A stretch of DNA of 64,000 nucleotides, taken from the IMG/VR virus record IMGVR_UViG_3300026519_000011, positions 3,783 to 67,782 of that record; one strand, 5' to 3'. This document shows positions 10,032 to 20,100 of this stretch, piece by piece. Under the pieces are notes generated by a model. That model was not told where the DNA came from and did no database searches. It worked only from the letters and a program-made list of their open reading frames with translations. The position numbers were made by a program, and so were the translations under genes. Within the stretch, counting starts at the first letter, position 1, and every line of letters starts with the position of its first letter. The DNA comes from a virus.

Positions 10032-10367
10032 TTGGAGAAAAATATGGACAAGGGAAAAACAGGTGCAACTAAAGACACTAAGGACAAAGTAACTACCGAC
10101 ACTAAGGACAAAGTAACTACCGACACTAAGGTTGACACTAAGGCTGATACAGCTGACCGCTTTGACATGGGTTCAACGCCTGCCGCTGTACCTTTAGAAG
10201 GTGAAGCCGAAGCAGGGGTGTATGTATCACAGTACCCTATCCCACACCCTACTGACCCTACTAAGGTTTATCCAGGTGGTGGCATATCTTTCACTATCGA
10301 CAAGGCTGCGATGGAAGACCCATGGGTAGTGATGCAGATAGAGGCTGGCGTGTTCATGGCACGTTAA
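10032..10367 (+). CDS. Hypothetical head-associated protein
   Basis: ORF with DTKDKVTT tandem repeat; start may be ATG 10043-10046 region. Confidence 0.55.
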   Translation: MEKNMDKGKTGATKDTKDKVTTDTKDKVTTDTKVDTKADTADRFDMGSTPAAVPLEGEAEAGVYVSQYPIPHPTDPTKVYPGGGISFTIDKAAMEDPWVVMQIEAGVFMAR

Positions 10368-10372
10368 TTGTT

Positions 10373-10840
10373 ATGCTTAATATCATCCCCGGATACTTAA
10401 TAGGAGAACAGCTCAGAGCAAATACTCTGGTACCTGTGATCCATTGCGACGACACCCTTAAACTTATGGGCGTGTCGAGTCTGGGGGTGTCTCAAACATT
10501 AACGTGTGCAGGGCTTCCTGACATTGACACTATTATAGCAGATCACCCGAATGCGATAGAGGTACTTACCTCTTGGGCTTTCTACTGGTCTTTGGATACA
10601 GTATTGTCGCTACAGGATACTAGCCTCACAGAAATAAATGACGGGCATGTGGTCACTAAGTTCAGCCCGAAGAATAAACAAGACCTTCCCTTGATGGTAA
10701 AGGGACAAATGAAAAAAGCTATGGCAGGCCTAAGTAATGCTCTGGGGGTAGTCCAAGAGCCACTAACTATAGGGATTGCGGTAGGTAAAAGCAGTAAGGT
10801 ACGCTGGGCACACCACGTCTGCGTAGAGAATGCGCTATAA
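10373..10840 (+). CDS. Putative head-tail adaptor
   Basis: Position after the capsid module; ATG 10373 just after the previous stop. Confidence 0.45.
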   Translation: MLNIIPGYLIGEQLRANTLVPVIHCDDTLKLMGVSSLGVSQTLTCAGLPDIDTIIADHPNAIEVLTSWAFYWSLDTVLSLQDTSLTEINDGHVVTKFSPKNKQDLPLMVKGQMKKAMAGLSNALGVVQEPLTIGIAVGKSSKVRWAHHVCVENAL

Positions 10841-11455
10841 ATGTATGCTCACCATCTTGCCCATTCAGTACGCTTTCACGCCAAGACACCTATACAGGTA
10901 TGGGATGGCGAACAATTCGTAAAACACTCTACCCTTGTTAATCTAAAGGCTGGGGCGCATAGCGCGGATGCTAAGGCTACCAATACTATGGGGGCATTAG
11001 GCAATGACCCTCTGAGTGGCGTCAATACCTTTAAAGACCCCGCAGGTCAGGTATATAATATCCTAGAGGATCAGGCCAACACTTACGAAGGCACTACCTA
11101 CGGTACCACGTACTATATACGAAGAGCACCTTTTCTTGCTGAGATAATCAGCAACCCGGTGAAGGATGTTAAGTCTGGGTCTGGATTCGCTTATAAGACT
11201 ACCGAAGGGGCTAAGTACAAAGACTGGGCATTGCTTGAGCATGACCGGTATTTTAACGCCCCAGCCCCTGTAGTCCGTCAAGGGGTTAATCAAATTTTCC
11301 TAGGCTACCTGCCGAGTAAACTAAAACCAGCGAAAGGGTTTGTCGTACATCTTGACAATGGATTTAGTTACGAAGTTGTTACCGCAGAACAGTCCACATC
11401 AAGAAGTACTAAGTGCTTCATGATGCTTTTGGAGGCTAATCATGAGCGTGCTTAA
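10841..11455 (+). CDS. Putative head closure/neck protein
   Basis: Gene order only. Confidence 0.45.
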   Translation: MYAHHLAHSVRFHAKTPIQVWDGEQFVKHSTLVNLKAGAHSADAKATNTMGALGNDPLSGVNTFKDPAGQVYNILEDQANTYEGTTYGTTYYIRRAPFLAEIISNPVKDVKSGSGFAYKTTEGAKYKDWALLEHDRYFNAPAPVVRQGVNQIFLGYLPSKLKPAKGFVVHLDNGFSYEVVTAEQSTSRSTKCFMMLLEANHERA

Positions 11456-11942
11456 CGACATAGCTGCTGTTAAATCAACGGTGGACAAGTGGGGGCTGTC
11501 TATCGCTCAGACAGCCCTAAACTCACAAGTGGCGCTAGACCTTGATGACCGCGCCTTGGTGCAGAGCGTGCTAATGGAAGGTTCTGAGGATGCGCTTGCG
11601 TGGAAACTGATGGATTTTTCATCTACCGAGCGACAAGGTATAAGCAATTTTGCTATCGCCATGGGCAGTGCAGTACAGCATGACGCAAACAACATAAAAG
11701 CCCTGACCATAGCCGGAGAGGTTAATAGTTTTTTCTGTGCAGGTAAAACCTTGCCCGTATTTAATTACTTGGCGGATGACACCACTAAGCAAGATCCTCC
11801 AGTGCCTGTGGAGTACCCTGAAGTAGGGCGGTTCGCTATACGCAACGTGGATATGAACCCGCAAGTATCTGACAGCCTAACCGGGTATCGCCTCGTGGTA
11901 GTAGAGGGCTTCCTTTACTTCCACCCATCATACTATGGCTAG
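11442..11942 (+). CDS. Putative tail terminator/neck protein
   Basis: Gene order and size. Confidence 0.45.
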   Translation: MSVLNDIAAVKSTVDKWGLSIAQTALNSQVALDLDDRALVQSVLMEGSEDALAWKLMDFSSTERQGISNFAIAMGSAVQHDANNIKALTIAGEVNSFFCAGKTLPVFNYLADDTTKQDPPVPVEYPEVGRFAIRNVDMNPQVSDSLTGYRLVVVEGFLYFHPSYYG

Positions 11943-12642
11943 GCTAAAACTATCCAGCGTAGCCTTGAACCAACTACGAAAGCAAGTGGTTGAAAAGGGT
12001 GGTGCCAGGTCTTCCCGCGTGGTGAAGAACGCACTCCATGTCCGAGGAAAGAAGATGGAGCGAAGGATAGAAAAAGCCTACGCCAGCGCCCTCAATGACA
12101 TGGTATCCACGCTTGCCACTAAGACCCGCTTACCTAGTAGCCCAAGCGTATCAGGACCTAAAAGCGTCTCCGTGAAACCTTACGGGAGTGCCACACGAGT
12201 TTCTGCACTGACCCCTTATTATGCCAAACTATCCTCAAGAACCTTGGAGATACATAAAAAGCGAGGGCATGGTACCAAAGTGTTCTGGCATGAATCAGGG
12301 TGGTACGCTAAACGTATGGCAGATAGGGTGGGAAGGGCATCGAAAGATTGGTCTATGAGGCAGGTACAATTTTCAGGTAGGTTAGGGCTACACGGAAAGA
12401 TGAAGATGCGCGCAAAAATACAAGCACCTTCCTTCTATTCCAGCACCTTAAATAAAATTATTATGGAACCTTTTTTCAATCCAAATATGGGAGATATTGA
12501 CGTCCCTTCTACCTCTTTAAGCGTAGCTAATAACGTAGTAGGAAGGACAGCCTTTCTTGAAAGCAGGCGACCGTTGCTATCTATTATCATGAGAAAGCAT
12601 GGCAGGGAGGCTTGGAAATACTTGAAAGCTGACGTGCTTTGA
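11935..12642 (+). CDS. Basic neck/tail-completion protein
   Basis: Highly basic; lies before the tail tube gene. Confidence 0.45.
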   Translation: MARLKLSSVALNQLRKQVVEKGGARSSRVVKNALHVRGKKMERRIEKAYASALNDMVSTLATKTRLPSSPSVSGPKSVSVKPYGSATRVSALTPYYAKLSSRTLEIHKKRGHGTKVFWHESGWYAKRMADRVGRASKDWSMRQVQFSGRLGLHGKMKMRAKIQAPSFYSSTLNKIIMEPFFNPNMGDIDVPSTSLSVANNVVGRTAFLESRRPLLSIIMRKHGREAWKYLKADVL

Positions 12643-12664
12643 CTTAAACTCAGGGCACAAAATG

Positions 12665-12683
12665 GTTCGTCACCGTGACGAAC
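12665..12683. repeat. 19-bp palindrome copy 2
   Basis: GTTCGTCACCGTGACGAAC, upstream of the tail tube gene. Confidence 0.9.
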
Positions 12684-12729
12684 CACACCTTATTCGTAGT
12701 ATCTTATTTATAAAGTTCAGGAGTTAGAC

Positions 12730-13557
12730 ATGGCGGGTTGTAGTTCAAAAATCGGAGCACCAAAAACGAACAAATATGTGTTCGGCTCGGCTGAAGTCCG
12801 CGTAGGCGTTCTAAGCAAAGTAAACAGGCTAAAGCACGAAGACTCTCTTGGTGTGTTATCGGATGTTACGCTATCCTTCACTAAGGAGTTCACAGAACTT
12901 CGTGGTGGACCAGGAAATGCTGTACTAGGTCGAGGACTTACAGGTACTGATTCTAAAATTACCGCCACGCTTTCTGAACATACGCACCGTAACTTAATGC
13001 TCATGGTAGGAAATGGTCTTACCACTGCTACCAAAGAACATGCAACTACCGTTAATGCTTCAGCGGCGGTTGGCGATACAAGTATCACCATCGCGGCAGA
13101 CGGTACAGGTCTTAACGCAATAGCGCAAGGCGACATCCTAAGTGTGTATAATCAAAGTAGACCTGAAGACGTTCAGATACTCCGTGTAGATTCTATTGCT
13201 GGAACTGCTGTGACGTTAGATGCCGGTACTCCATTACTCTTCGCGGTGGAGCCTTTGGACATTATTACCTTGGTAAATCCTGTTGGCGGTGGCGCTAACT
13301 GTGGAGAGCAATATCTCACGATACAAGTTGTTGCTGAGTCTAGCAACGGCGGAGCACCTACTGTTATCCAAGGCTGGTACGGGTCGGTTACTTCTGGTCT
13401 TGATTATTCACAGAACAATCAGGGCTTCTCTGAAGCTACTGTGGAGTTCAGTCTCTACCCTGTGCCTTCTAACTTAACTAAGACTGGCGCAATTATGGAA
13501 CACGCCGCTGAGTTAATCGCGGGCGCACCTACATTCCAGATGTATTCTGATGTGTAA
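12730..13557 (+). CDS. Major tail tube protein
   Basis: SD CAGGAG; YVFGSAEV...LGVLSDVTLSF tube-like N-terminus; two genes upstream of the tape measure. Confidence 0.75.
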   Translation: MAGCSSKIGAPKTNKYVFGSAEVRVGVLSKVNRLKHEDSLGVLSDVTLSFTKEFTELRGGPGNAVLGRGLTGTDSKITATLSEHTHRNLMLMVGNGLTTATKEHATTVNASAAVGDTSITIAADGTGLNAIAQGDILSVYNQSRPEDVQILRVDSIAGTAVTLDAGTPLLFAVEPLDIITLVNPVGGGANCGEQYLTIQVVAESSNGGAPTVIQGWYGSVTSGLDYSQNNQGFSEATVEFSLYPVPSNLTKTGAIMEHAAELIAGAPTFQMYSDV

Positions 13558-13562
13558 GCACC

Positions 13563-13643
13563 ATGAGTAAAAAAGATTCAAATCTTTTTTACTCATTACA
13601 GAACCAAACAAAAATAGCCTTGGCGAAAGTTGAGGCTATTTTT
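13563..13643 (+). terminator. Two tandem hairpins after the tail tube gene (terminator/attenuator)
   Basis: Perfect 16-bp inverted repeat 13563-13578/13581-13596, then AAAAATAGCCT(13610)...AGGCTATTTTT(13643). Confidence 0.6.
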
Positions 13644-14090
13644 ATGGCTATGGATACCTCCCCAGACACCTCTATGGAAGAGGTGCTTCTTTCGGTGGGT
13701 GTAGATGAAAGCGACCTAGAACAAACAGCTCTGGCGATTACCGACTGGTTCAACCCTGAAAATTCAGAAGACGTAAAGAGTAAATCAGCAAAGAATTCTG
13801 TAAAAATAGGAACAGCGTTTCACGACACCCTCTCGAAAGCGGGGTTCACCGATGTCTGCCTTTTAGTGGCTGACTACGACATAGCCCATGCCTTGCATCT
13901 TTATCATGAGGAAGATTTCAGGCTTGTGCTATACAGTTTCAAGTTAAAAACTAAGATGATAATGGCTGAGGCCACCACTACTTACGAGGCTATGGCCGCC
14001 GTATTTGGTGGCGGAGAAGGCGCATCCTCAGGGGAAGAGACTGTCATAGATATGTCTGAAGGTCTAAAAGGCGGTATGATCACCGGCTAG
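13563..14090 (+). CDS. Tail assembly chaperone (start uncertain: 13563, 13644 or 13650)
   Basis: Between tail tube and tape measure. Confidence 0.6.
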   Translation: MSKKDSNLFYSLQNQTKIALAKVEAIFMAMDTSPDTSMEEVLLSVGVDESDLEQTALAITDWFNPENSEDVKSKSAKNSVKIGTAFHDTLSKAGFTDVCLLVADYDIAHALHLYHEEDFRLVLYSFKLKTKMIMAEATTTYEAMAAVFGGGEGASSGEETVIDMSEGLKGGMITG

Positions 14091-14187
14091 TTTTGTACGT
14101 CAACCCCCTCAATGCAACATTCCCAAAAACTTCACCACCTGCTAGAATGCTGGGACATTTTACTGCATATTAAAGAGAGACATCCTC

Positions 14188-17100
14188 GTGGATAATAGCA
14201 TTCAGATAGAAGTTCTAGCCTTACTTGATCCTAAATCTGGTGGTGTGATAAACGAGGGAAAGTTCGCCAAAGAACTCACTAAAGACCTCAAGAAACTCAT
14301 AGCGGATACCGAGAAGACACTTAAACAGCTTTCGGTAAACCCCACTCTAGCCGTACACCCTAAGTACGCAGGTATGCGTGACAAGTCCAAGTTCTTGGCG
14401 GCCATTAAAGCAGATGCAGGCAAGTTACAGAAGGAAGCCAAGGCAGTCTTCGAGAAGATGCCTATCCACGCTAAAATGGCGGTTGCTCTTGATATAGACG
14501 GGGCTACCAGAGAGTTCTCTAGACAGCTAGATACCTTGCAAAGAAGCTTGGTTGCCGTGGCGAATAGTCGTGGTGGGCGGATAAGTAAAGAAGTATCCAA
14601 GGCGCTCAACCTAAACCCGAAGGCGTTAGTTAATCTTGGTACCTTAACTAAAGGACAGAACGCTACCGTGTCGAGACGTGTCCAGCAGTCGTCCACTGCC
14701 ACGTCAAAAATAGCGGAGGTTGGTAATAGCGCCGCATTAGGTAAGCAGGTACTGAAGTCTGTCTCAGGAAATATCGACAGGGTGGCTGAGAAACATCTTG
14801 CCGCAGTGAACACCTTCCTTAAAAGTGAGCAGAAGAAACTAACAAAACTCCTCGCCACCTCTAAGACCACCAGTGACAAGGTAATAAGCAACAGAGAGGC
14901 GCGCCTTGATGCTATCAATGACAGCCTACAGCAAAACAATAAACGCTATAGTACTTACGTTCGTAACCTTGAGGCTGCTGAGGCTCACAGAGCGCGTATA
15001 CGACGCACTGCTGATCGAATCAACCAACAAGGTGCTGGGTCATCTTTACGTCCAGACAACCTTCGACTAGGTAAGGATAAGTTAGACGCGGAATTAATCC
15101 GGGAGCGAGCCGAGTACCGAAAAGAAAGACAGACATTATCCAGCAGGGAACGAAGTGACCGACTTGCTTATCAAAAGAGTATTTCCAATGCCAGCAGGGA
15201 GATACAGAAGAGTCTCCGATCAGCACAGAACCACCAAGATCTGCTAAGAAAAAGAGAAGGAATAAATAAAGTAATAGGATCTACTAACCCTATTAAGCAA
15301 CTCACCTCGTACACCAGAGGGCAGGCTAGAACCATTAACCAGATGTATAAATTGGTTAATGATAGTGATGTTATACGAAAAGGTAAGGTGGTAACGGTAG
15401 ATAGCTCACACGCTACCAGAAGCCGTAAGGCGCTACTCACAGCGTTCAATGATGGGCAGGCAGAAAGTCTGTTCGAGAACCGCAAGCAGACCCGTGTATT
15501 TAAAGACTTGCACAAAGCCGTCAGCAGGACGGACAATAAGCGTGGTAAAGAAAAAGAGGATGCCGTCCTTAGAACCATAGCGGATACCCAAAAGAAGTTA
15601 GATACCTTCTTGGCCAACCCCAACAAGTTGGATGAAGATGGCAGAAGGGCGTTACTAAAAGATACCAGAGACGCCGCTAGAGCGGCGAAACGTCTGCGCC
15701 AGACCTCCTCAATAGGTAGTGAGGCTAACGCGTCATATCGTAGACAGGAGCAGTTACTTGATAAAGGGGTGAGACAGCTCACTAAATCCATAGATAACAA
15801 CTTGTCTAACGACGTTAAGCAAAGGGTAGCAGATCGAATCTCGAAAGGACTTACGGGCAGTAAAGGCCACGTAACCGTACCGGATAACGTAACCCCTGCA
15901 CAGGCTTCGTTTATAAAAGACCTATCCAACTCCTTCAAGGATACCTCCCTCGTGGAGTCGGTTGGAAAGAAATTCGAGGACATGACTCGGGACGATTTCC
16001 GTCGGCTAAACAAGTGGAAGGATGATGTAACCAAGGCACAAAGGTTAGGTCTTATTAACGAAGCCACCGCTAGGACCGCTCACGAGCGCCTGACCTTAGC
16101 AGGGGCTAGACCAACAATAGGTGGCACTGGCAACCTTGCCTACTCGCGTCAGTTCCAGTCAGATTACACCGCTGGAAAATTATCGGGGGCTAACACCGCT
16201 TCAGGGCTGGTTCAGAGTAAGGAACTGTTAGGGGCGCTTAACAAAGAGATAAACGCGACCACCAAGGCTCAAAGAGAAGCCCGAGTAATACAGGGTCAGC
16301 TTTCTGATCGTCTGCGTACTGATAATTCCCTCGATGACGCTCAACGTAAGCAATTACGGGATACCATAGGGGTATTAGATAAGGCGTATAAGAAGCACGG
16401 GGAGCGCTTAGGTAATCTCACCCGCCATTATGAGAAAGTCGGAGGCATTCGGGGCGCACTTCGAGACTCCACCGATGGCAGAAGAATCCCTACGGGGTTA
16501 GGTGGTGGAGGCGGTCGTGGAGGTAGTGGTAGCGGAAGTAACAGCAGTATCGGGTTACTGCTACGACAGTTCGCCAGATTGTATTTAGGTTTTGCCGTAT
16601 TGGGAACTGCCGTTAGCGGGGTAGTCGCGCTAGTAGGTGAACTGGCTACCTTAGACACCAATATGAAATCGGTGCAAGCGGCCGCACTTGGCACCACCGA
16701 GCAGATGCACGGCATACGTTCAGCCATAAAAGCTGTAGGTATCACCACTAAATTTACCATCGGGGAAATCTCTGATGCGGCAAGAGTGCTGGTACAGGCT
16801 GATGTTCCGTTAAGTGAAGTACCGGCCACCTTGCGAGCCACTGCTAACCTAGCGGCGGCAACGGACTCCGATGTAGGTATATCCGCTGACTTGCTGACCT
16901 CTTTCTCTAAAGTGTACTCAGAGTACAGTCCAGATCAAGTGGCGAGCTTGCTGACCAAGACGTTCAACTTGTCTAAACTAAACGCTGAAGACCTGCAAAC
17001 TATTCTAGGAATATCCACACAAACCGCTAAGACTATGAACCTGTCTGGCGAGCAGTTCTTGGCCGCCGTATCCGTGTTGAGAAACCAAGGTCTTAAAGCC

Positions 17101-20100
17101 TCAACCGCAGCCACTGGTTTACGTCAAGGATTGAATGAGGTCTTCACGCCTAACACTAAGACTACGGAGAGACTAGGGGAACGATATGCAGCCATAGGTG
17201 AGAACCGATCAGCCGAAGAAATTCGCAGACGTTTCGCTGATTTCAGAGATGGCATGTCACCCTTGGTCGAGGTAATTTCAGAGCTTCGTCGTTTAGGTTT
17301 CGGAGGATCGGCGAAGAAAGAATTCAGTCGCTTCATAAACATTCGAGGTGAGAACGCCCTAAACGCCTTAGCGCGTGGACAGGACGACTTGGCCACCAAA
17401 GAGTTCCAATTACCTTTTGGTGACTCTGCTACCCGTGCGTCGGAAATTCAATTACAAGGTATCACAGCCACTATTAAAAACTTAGGGGCAGCTATTACGG
17501 TACTGTCTGATTCGGCGTTAGAACCGTTAATCTCCTTAGTTAAGGACGGGGCGAGGTATATGACCACCTCCCTCACCGACTTGGATAAAGCCAATACGAA
17601 AGCACTTGCTGAAGGTAGGTCAGGCATAGGTAGTACCGTCCTCACCTCCTTGATAGGGGGTGCGGCAGGTAACGCTCTGACCAGAGGAAGATCCTTAGGG
17701 ACTCGTGTGGGGGCTATAGCAGGAGGCGCAGTAGCCGGTGGCGCATTGGGTGGGGCTACCTTATCGTCTGACAGGGATGTAGCACAGGTTAACGCAGGGC
17801 TAGTAGCTTTAGTCACTGCGTATGAAGCCTACAGCCTGTTCGCTAGGAGAAGCACGGCAGTATTGTCTAAACAAAGTGCTATGACCTTGCCAGCCCTTAA
17901 CACCGCGTCTAAAAGCGTCGGTAAGATCGGTTCTGGTATCTCAAAGTTAAGAAGTGTTTCAGGCGCATTGGTCACGGGAATCCGTAGTTTCTTTGGGCCG
18001 GTAGCGTGGTTAGTCACTTTCGCCCTGCCGACTATTCTAGATATATTCAGTAGCACTGGAGTAGAGGAGCAAGCCGTAGCCTTAGACAAAGCATTATTGG
18101 ATTCACAGGCGAAGATACAGGCGGCCAAACAGGCGGCTGAACAGTTCACGGACACCCAAGGTGCTACTGCTGCCTCGGTGTATGAGAAACATGCCACGGC
18201 TGTTACTGAATTCAATAAGACGATGCACGACGCTGGGCTTAAAGTAGAGGACCGCACTACCTTGGTGGAGAAGGTAGGTGCTGTTATCGAGGAGGGTCTT
18301 GATGCGAATAATGAAAATTACAAACAGCTGGCCACCTACTTAACGAGTAACTCTACGCTGGATAAGGACACCGTAGGTGACTACATACGCACGTTCCATA
18401 ACCTACAACAGGCGTCGAACAATTCACTGAAAGCCGCAGTAACAGAAACCAAAAACGTTATAGCGGGAATCGAGGATAAGGTTAAAGACGGGCAAGCTGT
18501 CTCAGAAGTTGAGACAGAAATGCTGGCTGCGTGGGAGTCCATGATCTACTCCAACGCAGATGTGTACGCCTTGTTCATGGGGGACATAGGTAACCTCAGC
18601 GCTGACGCCATACAAAAGGCTACTGGGTTACTAAAGAACGTGCAGGCGCAGTTTAACGCGAGGATTGCTAAAGCCTATAAAGGGGTGTTGACCGCCGAGC
18701 AGGAGACCATAGACAAAACCTCCAGAGAACAATCTAAACTGTTCTTGGATAGGTTAGGTAAAGCCAGTGCGAAGCTAACCAATGCAGATGCCTACGATGA
18801 CCCAGGAGGAAGCAAGGAGGACAAGGCTCGGTCTAAGAAGGAGTACGTTAGTTACCTTACCAACAAAGGTAAGGAGATATACTCCGTTTACCTGAAAGAG
18901 ATCCTAAACCTTAACACCCGCTTAAAGGCTAACCCTACCACCGAAAACATAGCGAACGTACAGGCTGAGAAGGAAGAGCTGTACAAAACTGTGTCTAAGC
19001 TCCTTAAACGATCCTCGGACGGCCTGAGGTTCTCCGGAGGTTTCATCCGAGATGCTAAGCAGACAGCTGAGTTGAGAAAGGTCTACAGCCAGACCCTTAC
19101 CAACATCTCCCAGCTCGCTCTGGAGGATCATAAGAGCACTGTAGGTAAGGTGGCAGGGGCAGAGAAGTTAGCCATAAATAAGGCAGGATCACTAAAGGCT
19201 ACCCTCGGCACCTTGATAAGCACGTTCGAGAAAGAGCGTAGCGCTGAAGGTAGTAAAAGTCTCCAGACCTTAGAAGATGTGATGTTAAAGCTCACAGACT
19301 CTCAGCGGGAAATGATCAAGACCGTAGGTTCTGGGTCTGCCGAAGATTTTGCTAGACAGTACTTGATAGCAAAGGATGGCGTACTTACCGATGATGCCAG
19401 CGTTAAACATAACAAAGCGCAGACTGAGAAATTATTCAACCTGCTAAAAACCTACTTGGTCTCTTCTGAGAGGTATCAAAAGGAGGTTGCCAAAGGGCTT
19501 GGAGGTTCTGATGAGTCCCTTAAATATGAAAGCGATGCGGTAGCGCTGAAACTAAAAACCCGTAAAGATGGGGCTACCAAAGAGAATAAAGCCCTTGTAG
19601 ATCACTCCATATCGCTTAGAAGAAAAGCCCTAGAGTCCCAGCTTGCTAAGGCTAAGGCTACCTTACGCGCCACCCCTAAAAGTAGCGATAGAAATAATTA
19701 CGTCTACGATGACTTGGGAAAGGCGAAGGCGGCTGTAGCTAAAATAGTAGCTGAGATAGGTATGTTAGGTGACCAGCGGAAACTACTGATACAGGGCCTG
19801 GAGAAGCGCAAACCTAGGGCGAAGCGTGACACTACCAAAAAGGACAAGGCTAAGAAGCAACGGGAGAAGGATAAAAAGAAACGGGAAGCTGACCGGAAGA
19901 AAGAACAAATCCAAGCGGCGATAGAGGCTGACCAGAAGAAACGGGCAGCAGATGCCTTGAATACGCTGAAGAAACGCTTACAAGGTCTCACGTTTGATGA
20001 CACCTTGAACTCTGACGAACTCAAGAAGGTTATGCAGGATCGCGCAAACCTCATGGCTATTATCAACGCCAAAGAGTTGGAGAAGGCTAACTTAGAGGCT

